NCBI GenBank assembly: GCA_964252035.1
Contig: OZ176206.1
Length of the DNA stretch: 64,000 bases
From: Podarcis erhardii
Taxonomy: Eukaryota
Direction: 5' to 3' (one strand)
Positions 25,801-39,014 of this stretch are shown piece after piece; within the stretch, counting starts at the first letter, position 1, and each line of letters begins with the position of its first letter. Both the position numbers and the translations under genes were made by a program. The notes beneath the pieces are model-generated. The model had not been told where the DNA came from. It was given only the letters and a program-made list of their open reading frames with translations, and did no database searches.

Positions 25801-26451
25801 TTTGCCCCCAGGTGTGAATATCAGTGAGAGTCACATTCCCCCCAAAGAGGCAGCGCCTCTGAGTGCGGGTGGATGAACAGTGCAGGACTGCTGAACTCAC
25901 GACCACAAGTGTGCATACTAGTGTGAAATATCTTATCACAATGCAAAAAAAACTGTGGACCCCTCCCCCCTCTTCCCAAACACTTAAGTCAAGCTTGCAC
26001 ATGCCAACTCTTTCACATACAAGGCAAGACCTCTCCTGGAGTAGCTGTGCTTTGCCTCTTTGTACAGGAGGACACCCAAGTGAGTGCAAGTAGCTGGACT
26101 GCCTGGGTCGAGTCTGTTGAGTCACAAAAAAGCACAAACCTATAGCTGGGTCACACCAGTCAGTTCACTGAGTCACTTGCTGTACGAAATGCAAGGGGCT
26201 GGGAAAGAAAAATCACCCATAGGGCTGCTTTGGAAGTCACAGCATGAGCAAAGCTTCAGTTTGCAGCTCCAAAGTGAGTTCTCTTCCTGGCTGGGAGGTC
26301 ATAAAAGTGAGTGAACCACCTGGGAAAGAAAAGCACCAGTGAGTGGCTCCAGGCAAGGGAATGCAGTCCCAAGTGATTGTGTGCAGTTAGGATCTGCAGC
26401 TGGGCTACCAGAAAGCCTTCTTTCCCCCAGCCCAGTCGTTCAGTGGTAGCA

Positions 26452-26838
<387 letters not shown>

Positions 26839-27324
26839 TCAGTGGAATTTGTTTGGCTCTAATGCGACTTCTTAAAAGCTTGTGGATATGGGCAATGTAG
26901 CACATAATCCTAGAATGGTAACACATTTACATTTGACTAATTTGAATTTGTGGATGTGCATTTTCTTGTTTCTATGCACAGACATGGAGATTTAAAGATG
27001 CAAGCTATTTATCAGACTCCACCATGGCTGAGAATGTTCCCGTTTCTCAGCCCCACCCTCTTGCCTGACCTCAGTGGACATCAATGGAGCTTTGCCCACT
27101 TAGTGAGGTTTGAAGAACAACTTTAGGGAAGACAAAAGGATGACAAAAGAAAACAAAGTAGGTCTCACAAACCTGAGGTCTGCCCAGCCTTGGCCTAAAT
27201 AATGCATGCACAACATCTGAGATTTTTCCTAAGTCCCAAACCAAAGAACTCAAGGTAAAACTCAAGGCAAAACAAGGTATTTTATTGCTACAACTGTTCT
27301 AATATTTTTATTACTATTTATGTA

Positions 27325-28104
27325 CCGTATTTTTCGCACCATAGGGTGCACCGGACCATAGGGCGCACCTAGTTTTTAGACAGGGAAATCAATAAAAAAA
27401 ATCTTTCCCCCCCAGCCCCAAAGAGCAGGCTGCGCACAACCTCTCCCTGCTGGAGGGGTTGCGCACAGCTCTGGCACAAGCCAACGCAGCGAGTGGGATG
27501 GATCCCGCTCGCCGCTTTGGCTTCCTCTTTAGCCCCACGCAATCTCTCCCTGCCAGGAGAGGCTGCATGGAGCTAAAGAAGCCATAGCCCCGTGCAGCCT
27601 CTCCCTGCCGGAGGGGTTGTGCACGGCTATGGAACAAGCCAAGGCAGCGAGTGGGATGGATCCCGCTCGCTGCTTTGGCTTCCTCTTTAGCCCTGCGCAA
27701 CCTCCCCCTGCCGGAGGGGTTGCACGCGGCTCTGGCACAAGCCAAGGCAGCGAGGGGGATGGATCCCGCTCGCTGCTTTGGCTTCCTCTTTAGCCCCGTG
27801 CAGTCTCTCCCTGCCGGAGGGGTTGCGCGTGGCTCTGGCACAAGCCAAGGCAGCAAGAGGGATGGATCCTCTTTAGGGAAGGATCCCGCTCGCTGCTTTG
27901 GCTTCCTCTTTAGCCCCGCGCAATCTCTCCCTGCCGGGAGAGGCTGCACAGGGCTAAAGAAGCCATAGCCCCGTGCAGCCTCTCCCTGCCGGAGGGGTTG
28001 CACGCAGCTATGGCACAAGCCTGCATTCGCTCCATAGGATGCACACACATTTCCCCTCAATTTTTGGAGGGGAAAAACTGCGTCCAATAGAGCGAAAAAT
28101 ACGG
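27325..28104. mobile_element. Tc1/mariner-pogo MITE with internal minisatellite
   Basis: TIR CCGTATTTTTCGC at both ends with TA flanks; internal 103-bp and 55-bp repeat units. Confidence 0.88.
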
Positions 28105-28520
28105 TAATCTACAATGTACATACCACTGTATAGAGTAATATAAGCAGAAGGCAGGTCACAGGAATCATAGAATTGTAGAGTTGGAAGGAACCCCAACGGT
28201 CATCTAGTCCAACCCCCTGTAATGCAGGAATCTCAGCTAAAGCACCTACAAGAGGCGGCTATCCAACCTCAGCTTAAAAACTTCCAAAGGAGACTCTACT
28301 GCCTTCTGGGGGAGTCTGGTCCACTTTTGAACAGCTCTTGCTGTCATAAAGCTCTTCCAGGTGTTTAGTCAGAATCTCCTTTTTTGTAACTTGAAGCCAT
28401 TGGTTCAGGTCCTACCCTCTGGAGCGGGAGAAAACAGGCTTGCTCCATCTTCCATTGGGCAGCCCTTTAGATATTACCAATATGCTTCTTAAATTATGGC
28501 ACCTAGAACCAGACACAGTA

Positions 28521-28817
28521 CAGTGGTGCCTCGCAAGATGAAATTAATCCGTTCCGCGAGTCTCTTCGTCTTGCGGTTTTTTCGTCTTGCGAAGCACGGC
28601 TATTAGCGGCTTAGCGGCTATTAATGGCTTAGCGGCTATTAACGGCTTAGCGGCTTTAAGAAAAAGGAAACAAACTCGCAAGAACTTGCAAGACGTTTCG
28701 TCTTGCGAAGCAAGCCCATAGGGAAATTCGTCTTGCGGAACGACTCAAAAAACGGAAAACTCTTTCGTCTTGAGAGGCATTCGTCTTGCGAGGCATTCGT
28801 CTTGCGAGGTACCACTG
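28521..28817. mobile_element. Tc1/mariner-pogo MITE (TCGTCTTGCG-repeat family)
   Basis: TIR CAGTGGTGCCTCGCAAGA / TCTTGCGAGGTACCACTG, TA flanks. Confidence 0.9.
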
Positions 28818-29054
28818 TACTCCAGATGTGGTCTGATGACAGAATATAGCAGTACTATTACTTCCCATGAGCTGGACAATATACTTCCATTGATGCAGCC
28901 TAGAATAGCATTAGCGCCTTTTTTGTGCATCTCATGGTTGACTCATATTAAGCGTGTGGTCTACTAAGACCCCTAGATCCTTATCACATGTACTACTGAT
29001 AAGCCAAGTGTCCCCTAACTTACATTTGTGCAGCTGGTTATTCTTGCCCAAGTA

Positions 29055-29300
29055 TAGGTAAAGGTAAAGGGACCCCTGACCATTAGGTCTAGTCGTGACC
29101 GACTCTGGGGTTGTGGTGCTCATCCCACTTTATTGGCCAAAGGAGCCAATGTACAGCTTCCTGGTCATGTGGCCAGCATGACTAAGCCACTTCTGGTGAA
29201 CCAGAGCAGCGCACGGAAATGCCGTTTACCTTCCCACCGGAGCAGTACCTATTTATCTACTTGCACTTTGACATGCTTTCAAACTGCTAGATTGGCAGGA
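29055..29300 (-). mobile_element. 5'-truncated Sauria SINE
   Basis: AAAGGT tail; 10-bp TSD TGCCCAAGTA at 29045-29054 and 29301-29310. Confidence 0.88.
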
Positions 29301-29684
29301 TGCCCAAGTACAGAATCTTGCATTTGTCCCTACTAAAATTTATTTTGTTAGTTTTGGCCCATTCTCCAATCTGTTAAGGCCATCTTGAATCCCTGTGTAT
29401 TCTTCTTGACATAGGAATGGGTAGCAGAGGGAGAATGTGCAGATGAAGTTGTGTTTTGGTTCGGTTAAAAGGCAAGAGGTTCATAGAAAAAGGAGGGTTC
29501 GGATAAGGAGAGAGGTGGCACTCCAAAGGAACCAACCTAGAATACAATTTAGCAGCCACATGGGTCTAGAGAAATTGCAGAGGCCATGAGTAAACTATGA
29601 ACCAACCACATGGGCAACCCCTTTTTGAACCATGGCTTGCAAGCATAAGCTTCAGGTGCCCAACACAGTAAACGGAGCAGATCA

Positions 29685-29915
<231 letters not shown>

Positions 29916-32162
29916 TTACTATTCCTGAGACCAGCTGCTTCCTGGAGCATTCTGAGAATTAAACATATTAGTCTGTAGCTGTGCCAGGATTTACGTGGTA
30001 CTTGGCATTCTTTCCAAGTTATCTACACAATATAAATTCTGCATCTATGATGGGCTAGGGAGAAGTGAGGCTGTTTCTGTCCATACAGCTTAGAGCAGTT
30101 TTGCATTTGTTAGCTGAAGATGATGAATTGCCAATGGCTTGCTGAAGACAAAAATAAAAGTTGTCACCATTTTAATGAAGTATTATAATATTGCTGGATC
30201 AAGTTCTATGTGCCATGCTGATCAAACTGCTTGACACCTCTGTCATAAGAGCACAGATGTGAAAATATTGTAGTCTGATGTGGGCGTTAAACAAAGACAA
30301 ACCTTTTCTTCTGTGGATAAAAAGGAACCTCTCTCTTCCAGACTCACCAAGGGTTATTGCCAAAAGTCATTGTGCAAGCTGAATAACTTCTGCTCATAGA
30401 ACATAATTTGCCCTCGTATTCCATTTCCCACCCCCTAAATCAGCTCTGATGCTTCCCTCAACCCTTTGGAGTAGATTTGGAGTAGTGAAGGTAGTCATAG
30501 GGAAAAGAAGGGGAAGTTGTGGAAGCAGTATTAGTTCTACTCTGTGATGACTTCATTTAATGGATACAACCACAAAACAAAGGACAAACAAGCCTTATCT
30601 GGTCTTATTTAATGGCTGCGTAGTCCAGCACATATTTGATAAATGAGACAGCTTTTTCCTTGAACACATCACTGACATCACTGACATGTCAGTCCCCTTT
30701 GTTTGAAATGGGAATTGTGCCCAACCTCCCAGGGTTCTGTGGGAAAGACTATTATATAGGACTTTTAATATCCAATCACTTTACAAGTAGAATATTGGTT
30801 GTGCGAGAGCACATTTTGCACTATGCCATCAGAAACAGACCACATTTTACAGAAATAAAAGTACTGGGATATCATCCAGTCATTTATAAAAGCCTTCACA
30901 AAAAACACAATGCACTTTTCAAGCTATATTCCACAACCTTGAGGATCACAGATGTGCTTTCTTGCTTTAAATAAAAATCATTTTCAGAGAACCCAACGAC
31001 AGAGGAGATGCACTACAGAAATTTACAATTTTGGATCGGCTACGTTAATAACAAATAAAATGAACTTGGGGAACTCTAAAATCACATTATTTGCCATTGG
31101 CACAAGCAGAGTTACTCTACTATAGGTTTGTTGCAAGATTCCATCATAGGCTGCTTCTAATTGGATTCCAGCAGGATGTCTTTCTCAGTCTCAGGTTTTT
31201 TCCAGCTTCCCCCATGGTTGGGAACTTTTTTCTAGGCTTGCATTGATTTGATAATGTTGATCACCTAATATTTCAGCCATTCTGACCCACAAAAGGACTT
31301 ACTTCAGTCCAAAAGCCTCGTACATTCTATTTCCTCAAGGACATTTTCTATAAGTTTAACAATGGTTTTTCTTGTTGCTTTTCGCAGCTTACAAGATTGC
31401 TATGTGCTCCGTAAAACATGGGAAGGGAATACCCAACACAAATAACTTGATCCAAAATATACAAGGAGGTGGAGATCAAGCTAGGTTAGGAGGAAGGAGG
31501 GTGCTGTGTGTTACTTGGGCTTGAACAGGTTGTGGTAGCAATGTTCAATTCTTGACTGAACAACTGTCTGAAAAACTGACATTCTCCCCCAATGCCATCA
31601 TTTAAAACTCATTCCAAAACTCATGTTTGCCATACTGAATGGAGTGGGGGAGAAGGGAGCTGCTGTTTAGAAGTAAACAAAAAGCCTCCTGGGCTCTGAA
31701 ACGCATTTCACAGTAAAGCAGGCCAGCCACTTATGGTTCTGGGGGTATGTGTGCCAAGGCAAAATCATCCAAAGTTGGGAATCCCTGAACTGTCCCGCTA
31801 CCGCAAGGGGCTCTGAGACAGTTGCAGAAAGGCCTTGGAAAGCTCCCAGGGCCCTCCTGTATCTTTGAAGAGCCTGGGAAGCAAGGAAAAGCCGAAGGGT
31901 GCACGGGTGGGTCAGTGAGTGAAAATACATGGAGGAGAGAATTGAGCGCACTCTATTTCTTTCTTTCTTTCTTTCTTCCCACCCACATAATGTTATGTTC
32001 ATGTAAGCAAAGTGAGTGCAAGTTGTGGGCTTACCATACTCTGGATTCTGGCCTAAGTCACACAAATCTTAATCTTTTGGTCACCTGCAGTGCCAGCATA
32101 TCCAAACAAGGGCCTTCTATTGCTCCAGAAAGGATAATCACTCAGATTCATTCTAGCTTATA

Positions 32163-32388
32163 TAGTGGTACCTCGGGTTAAGTACTTAATTCGTTCCGGA
32201 GGTCCGTACTTAACCTGAAACTGTTCTTAACTTGAAGCACCACTTTAGCTAATGGGGCCTTCTGCTGCTGCCGCGCCGCCGGAGCACGATTTCTGTTCTC
32301 ATCCTGAAGCAAAGTTCTTAACCTGAGGTAATATTTCTGGGTTAGTGGAGTCTGTAACCTGAAGCGTCTGTAACCTGAGGGACCACTG
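32163..32388. mobile_element. Tc1/mariner-pogo MITE (GGTTAAGTACTTAA family)
   Basis: TIR (C/T)AGTGGTACCTC / GAGGGACCACTG, TA flanks; near-identical copy at 35041. Confidence 0.9.
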
Positions 32389-33507
32389 TATTGGGCTAGA
32401 ATAACTACTTGTCTGCGCAGCAAGGGTCACTTCCAGGTGACATGGCAAGGGAGCATTTGTCAACTGGGAGAGAGACGATTCCTTTTTCTTTAAAGCTACA
32501 AATCTAACAAAAAAGACAAATGTGTGGGAGGGCAGGCAAGGAGGAATTTTCATGGACTACTTGCTTTTGTAGACCTCTTTGTAGGGGTCTTTAAAACTGA
32601 ACCCACAGTGCTTTATCTTCTTAAATATGAAAACTGAAAAGTCCTGAGAAGTGTAGTTATTTCCATTTTATTAAAATTTAAAATAAAATTTAAAAGACAT
32701 TAAGTTCCTCACAATTTCCATCCTTTCTGCAAAGAACTAGAAACAATTAAAAAAAGAAAAAGAAACAGGGATTCTGAGATTTCTAAAGGAGCCCAGAAAC
32801 TACCTAGACTTTCTTCAACATCTGTTGGATGCAGATCCTCTCAAGACAACAGGCTGTTTTATGGCAGCTTCTTCATGACAATGAGCACCATAAGAAACAG
32901 TTTAGTAAGATATACTGTGCTTTGTTTCAGATCAATACATTTGCATCTCGTGCAGGAGCCACATAATCTAATACCAAAGGCATATTTACTTGGTACCAGA
33001 TGTATAAAGCTAAAACACCACAATACCAGCCATACCAGAATGAATCAGCCTCATTTGAATATGAAATCAAATTCCTCTTGATCCCATTAAGAGAACTATG
33101 GCATGTATTGACTGTTCATAGCAGGGACATAGTGGGGGGAGGGACAGTCTGGGGGAGGGGGCGCTGCTCACGCTGCCCTCCCCAAGCCAGCCCTGCGTGG
33201 CTTTGTGAGGGTGGCATGAGAAGGACCCCAGCCTCAGCGAAAGGCTATTATGTCCTTCTCAAGTGCCCTCCTCAAGCAGCTTTGAGAGGAGCATTTCCAT
33301 GGCGCTCTGGCCACCAGAGTGATGCCTGACACAGTGGACTCCATTTGCCCTCCACATTTGCCCTCGGGGAGGGTGTGTAAAAAGGATGCAACAGCCATGT
33401 GCCCTTTGATCCAGATTGAAGTCTAGGATCTTTCTGCCCTTCCTGAGCGCTCCAGGGCGCTGTGGGAACATGCTCCACTGCTGGTTCGTAGTGCACTGCA
33501 AAGTAAC

Positions 33508-33859
33508 AAAGGTAAAAAGGTAAAAGGTGCAAATGCGGGTCTAAATGACTGAGCCTCTTGGGTTTGCCAATTGGAAGATCGGAGGTTCAAATCTGCACGG
33601 CGGCGGTGAGCTCCTGTTGCTCTGTCCCAGCTTCTGCCAACCTAGCAGTTCGAAAACATACCAGTGCAAGTAGATAAACAGGTATCGAAGTGATGTTTCT
33701 GTGTGTTCTGGCACCTGTCACAGTGTCCCGTTGTGCCAGAAGAGGCTTAGTAATGCTGGCCACATGACCCGGAAAGCTGTCTGTGGACAAACACAGCCTC
33801 CCTCGGCCTGAAGCGAGATGAGTGCCACACCCAATAGTCACCTTTACCTTTTTACCTTT
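33508..33859 (+). mobile_element. Sauria SINE with an inverted tail copy at its 5' end
   Basis: 3' tail ACCTTTACCTTTTTACCTTT; 13-bp flanks ACTGCAAAG(T/C)AAC. Confidence 0.85.
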
Positions 33860-34186
33860 ACTGCAAAGCAACTGATACATAAAAGCAAACAAACCAGCCC
33901 AGATCCAAAGCGCTTACAGTCTAAACACTGAGAGTGGCGTAGACAAAAGGAGGGGAGAAAGGAGAGAGTCATACTCTACAAGGGATGAATTAAGAGTCAC
34001 TGCAATTATTCACACAAAGGCTTCATTTCAGTCGGGTATGAGAGGGTTTAAGTAACATACATCATGGAAACCTTAGGTTTCATGGAGATTATGGCAAGAA
34101 GACAGGTGGTACAATAGATGTTATATATAGGCAAGCCCACATGCATCAGGGTCCTCCTCCCACTGATTCCCCACGTCCCTGTTGCC

Positions 34187-34322
34187 CAGGCATAGGCAAA
34201 CTCTGCCCTCCAGATGTTTGGGGACTACAACTCCCATCATCCCTGACCACTGGTCCTGGTAGCTAGGGATGATGGGAGTTGTAGTCCCAAAACATCTAGA
34301 GGGCAGAGTTTGCCTATGCCTG
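34187..34322. mobile_element. 136-bp palindromic hAT MITE
   Basis: TIR CAGGCATAGGCAAACTC; perfect 8-bp TSD CTGTTGCC. Confidence 0.92.
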
Positions 34323-35040
34323 CTGTTGCCCAGCTATTTCTGTGCTAATCAGCTTGATAGCAGAAAGGTGCATGATGGTATCTCCTCACCACTGATGGTG
34401 AGATGAGGTGTGGGTGAAAAAGAGAGGGGTGGAAGGGACGCCTGACCCACAGGCTACATGTGCCTTCAACCCACCATCTATGATTGCATGGTCGGTGCCA
34501 TTGGAAGCAAAGAGGTTGCCTGGCCCTGTAGGTGTTCTGGAACTTTCAGGCGTAGTAGGCAGAGTGAGTAAATGAAACAAATTGCTTTGGCAGTTGTAGA
34601 ACAGGAGCAGCAAAGATAACTAACCAAGGTCCTCAAAGGCACCTATTTTAACAGTAGGAAGCTACTCTGCCTGCTAGAAGAGAGCTGTTGGGACACAGCC
34701 AATTGTTGGGTTGAATATTAACCACACACATGGTTGTAAAAAAAGCTATCTTAATTGTTTGGTTACTGGCAAGGTCTGCAAACTCAGTTGGGTTTCTTAT
34801 ATGCTTAATGCGTGGTCTGACCTTGCCCTCTCCAGAACATAAGCATCACATTAAGTTACAGGGGAAAGGCAGGTGCTAAGAGGGAGGAAAAGGAATTATT
34901 GAAGAAACAAGTTTTTTGAGCCCGCAAGAAGTCGCAGTGTGCATTCTTTTTAGTAGTGACAAGCTTCTTGCCAGTTATAGCCAAAGCTGGGAATATGAAA
35001 TTGCATGGGATGTATGTTGCAAGATCCAGCCAGAACCAGC

Positions 35041-35266
35041 CAGTGGTACCTCAGGTTAAGTACTTAATTTGTTCTGGAGGTCCGTACTTAACCTGAAACT
35101 GTTCTTAACCTGAAGCACCACTTTAGCTAATGGGGCCTCCTGTTGCCGCTGCGCCGCCGGAGCCCGATTTCTGTTCTTATCCTGAAGCAAAGTTCTTAAC
35201 CTGAAGCACTATTTCTGGGTTAGCGGAGTCTGTAACCTGAAGCGTATGTAACCTGAGGTACCACTG
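35041..35266. mobile_element. Tc1/mariner-pogo MITE, sister of the 32163 copy
   Basis: TIR CAGTGGTACCTCAGGTTA / TAACCTGAGGTACCACTG; TA on the right flank only. Confidence 0.88.
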
Positions 35267-35861
35267 TAACACATTTATGATTTAAGCGCATGTCTAACTT
35301 TTGTAAACCACTTTGAGGTTTGTTTGTATTTACAATCAAGTGGCATATAAATTTTATGCAATAACTTTATCCCACTGCAACGAATGGAACATTGGCAATT
35401 AAATTTTTACAAGATTAGTGCTCAAAAACACTGAACATATAAAATATCATTATAACAATATTGATACAAAGTATCCTTTTGACAGCACTTAGTTCTACAA
35501 AAAGACAACTTTGGCTGCAGTCCTGTTTAGCTGTAAGTAAGCTCCTCTGACGACATTGGGATTTACATCTGAGTAAACATGCAAACAAGAATGCACAAAC
35601 TGTAGGGGTAGGTGGGGCAGCAAGTTTCATTGCCACAGGGACCTATCCCTCCATAACTTCTGGGTTGGTAAATATTTAATAAGGAGAACCATGAAACAAG
35701 AATCAACTCCTCTACAGGCAGTTGATTATTATATGACACCAGGAATCACACACACAAAATTCACCTTGATGAGCACAAGATTACACTGAACAGCTACTGC
35801 GTGAACCAACCTACACCAATTTCTGTTTAAAGAATGCACACTATACACAATTCACTCTCAC

Positions 35862-36105
35862 CTTTAAGTAAATCCGGGTCTACATATCCCAGCACATCAG
35901 CAACTCCCAGCTCCTGGCGAGAACAAGTGCCCCCATGAATCCGTAGCCAAGCAGGCTCTGCTAGTGCAGTACACAGGGCAGTTATTGAGAGGGCACCAGG
36001 CAATGCAGAAGCCAGGCTCCTTTCTGGCTGCTTTGGCAAGGCACTCCCATCCTGGCCTCTTCGCCTGCGCCCACTGGGCAACACCGAGCCACTTGGGGTG
36101 TACAT
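35862..36105 (-). CDS. TMEM127: TMEM127 exon 2 (first coding exon; acceptor at 36116)
   Basis: [16 protein letters not shown]...[40 protein letters not shown], 244 coding bp. Confidence 0.96.
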
Positions 36106-38402
36106 GGATCCTCTTTCTGAGATTAGGCCAAATAAATCCAACGAAACACACTATGCACAGAAGCCCTTGGGATCTTCTGGAATGGGTGAGTGGCCAATGA
36201 CTGTAGGCACCAGTCAGGGGGAGCAGACTCACAGAAGGCTGCAGGCAGAACAGAGCACCAGATGAAGTGTCTCTTCTGCACTCAGAAGAACCTGAAAAAG
36301 ACAAACAGATCAAGCCTTGTAAATAGCCTCTCACCTGTGGCAAGTTAAGGGCTGCCTCAAGGTGACCAAGTCTGACCAACATTTCTTCCTTTTTTGGTAC
36401 AAGTGAGCAGACTCACTGATTTCTATGGCGATTCCCATGGTTAAGCAGATGAAATACAGCAGTTTCCCTGCACCCCGCAAGCACACAATGCCAAGAAACC
36501 TGGGTTTAAAAAGTGGTCATTAATTCTCAGGCCAAAGGAGATTAGGGCCAGAGTTCACAAAAGTGGCAAAAATTTTGCTAATGAGTCCTTTTAATAAAAG
36601 AACTTCAGAAAAACTACAAGTACTATCATGTATAATAGACTCATTATGTTCCAAGATTAAATTGCACAAAAGCAGTGTTTTTAAGAGAACTTATTGAGGC
36701 TCCCATTTTATACTTCATACAACAATACTAGCAAACCAAATCAACCTGTCAAATGGCAATGGCCTATTCAGCATTTGTAAAACCAATGAGTTGGTCATGC
36801 TTATTAGACATTCCTGTAATGATGTATGAATGTATGGCTTGAAATGAGGAGCAGCTGTAGCCCCCCCCCCCCATAGCATGTCTTTATTTTTAGGCAAGTG
36901 GTTTTGTGCCTTTGTTATGCATATGTACCTCAACCAACTAAATTGCTTCTAAACAACAGTGAAGCCAGTTAGTGTTTCAAGGGTGCTCCACTGAGACAGA
37001 GTATAAATGGAACACGTATCTTGCATATTATCCCACTGAACACTTTCAAAAAACAGTTTGTAGATTTCAGCTGGCTGGAGATAATCAAACATGGCGTATA
37101 AAAGAGCTAAGAGACAAAGGGACCCTCTCTTGTACTTTTGTCAAAATGGCACCTTTGTTTATCTACACATACACACACACAACTTTTAAGCAGAACAATT
37201 AGTGCCTTTGACATAGCCACACTGTGTTGTTCATTTAATTATTGCAAGTCCAATGAATGCATCACACAAGAGCCATTCAGGTTGTGTGAGGTCAGAGGAT
37301 ATTAGACATTTTCATAAGACACATCTAAGTATTTTGGAATAAAGAATAAAGGGAAATTATCACTCAAACCATCACAGCTCAAGCAGCTGAGTCCATTTAA
37401 CAGATTGCACAGAAACCATTCAGTTTACTTAATATTAGACATTTACTTGATTAAATGGTAACCAAGTCAAAGTAACATAAGTAACTATGTATTCTTTCTG
37501 CTTTACCGTCCTCTGTTTATCCTCTCATTTGACACAAGGAACCCTGTACATGCTTTCACCAGCCAAAAAAGGAACAAAGATGTCTTTTTTAGTTGGTTTG
37601 CTCTCACTGCTCCCACTGCTCCCTCCAAATCCCCTTTCCTTTTGTGTTGTGTCTTTTAAATTGTAATCCTGAGACCAGGGACCATCTTAATCAGCTTTAT
37701 AGCCTTCTTAAGCGACTTGTATTCTGCTAAGGAGCGAGGTACACATACTTCAAGTACACATGTAACTTAGAAACAACCCTGCCCTCACCTTAAACTGTTC
37801 ACTCTTTGAACAACGAAAAGTACCTTAAAGACTTAGCAAGTTTGTTACAGAGGAAGCTTTCACGGACTAGGGCACAGCTGGCAGACTTCAGTCTTGTGGA
37901 ATCTCATTTATTTTTCCTTAGAACCCCAAGACTCACTACCCGGAGTCAGGTGCTAAGGGTTGTTGCCCGTGGAAATCAATGAGCTTGAGTTACTCCTGCC
38001 CTCTGATTTCAGTGGGTCTACTCTTGAGCAGGACTAGCATTGACTACAACCCCCAGAACTAAGGAATCCTACGGCCAGGGATTTGTTTTGGGTAGTAGAA
38101 CTCAACTCGGACATCTTTTTTAACGTCAGGAAAACATCCACTCGGGGCTCCCCCCCCCCCCCCGTTTCAGTGAGTGGCAAAGAGGAGGCGTGATTTTGTT
38201 GCCGTTATCAAAACACATCGGAAGCCGGAAATCCAGGCCCCTGGACTTGCGCCCCTCCCGGGGAGCCCGATCCACCTTCCCCCCACCCCCGGGCCCTCCT
38301 TCGCCCGCTCTCCCTCGGATCCTGCCCCCCGGGGGCCCCTCGGAGACACCAAGGGGCGCCGCCCTGACCTGGCCGGCCGGCCGGCCGGGCTCCCCCACTC
38401 AC

Positions 38403-38575
38403 CGCTCGGCTCCCTTCCCGGGCGCTGAGCCCCGTCGGGCCTCGCCTCCCTTCCAAGGCCGCGGCACTCACTCCGCGGGGGCCGGCGCCTTCCTCCTCCT
38501 CCTCCTCCTCCTCCTCCGAGCCCGACGACAGCCCGACCCCCCCCGACCCGCTGCCACCAAACAACAGCCGCCGGC
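38403..38575 (-). other. TMEM127: TMEM127 non-coding exon 1 (5' end approximate)
   Basis: Donor GCG|GTGAGT at 38403; alternative GGA|GTGAGT at 38472. Confidence 0.6.
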
Positions 38576-39014
38576 CACTTCCGCTTCCGGCCGGCCGCGC
38601 GCACGACGTCACGGCGCCAGAGGCGGGAGGAGGGAGGAGGGAGGAGGGGCGGGCGCCTCCTGAAGGAGATTAACATTCACCTCAGCATTTCTCAGCCCTG
38701 ACTTGTTGGGGCCTTTCTTGAGTTTTTCTTGTCTTTACCTTTTGGTAAAGCGCTTTGAGGGGTTATTCTTTTTCTTTTTCCTTCAAGGGGTGAAGTAAAA
38801 TAAATAAATAAATAAAGCAACTTTGTTCCTTTGAAAGTTGCAGGAGGGCCAGTTCAAGAAGTGAGTAAAGAGATGCGGCCCATCTTTCCTTCCTTGTGTT
38901 GTATGTGTGTGTGTAATTATTAAGAGTGTGTGTGTAATACACACACACTCTTTCTCGCCTCACACGGACTCTCGCAAGGCATGCTGGGAATCGTAGTTTC
39001 CGCGTGGCGTCGTC

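Larger units (their letters stand above)
28162..29400 (-). mobile_element. CR1 LINE 3' fragment interrupted by a MITE and a Sauria SINE
   Basis: gaatcatagaattgtagagttggaagg 3' end; antisense [11 protein letters not shown]-like segment resumes across both insertions. Confidence 0.85.

Noticed and set aside
27389-28087. 232-aa ORF and CRISPR-like look of spaced palindromes
   Set aside because: The ORF is the translation of the MITE minisatellite. The spacers are themselves repeated, the context is eukaryotic, and no cas genes are present.
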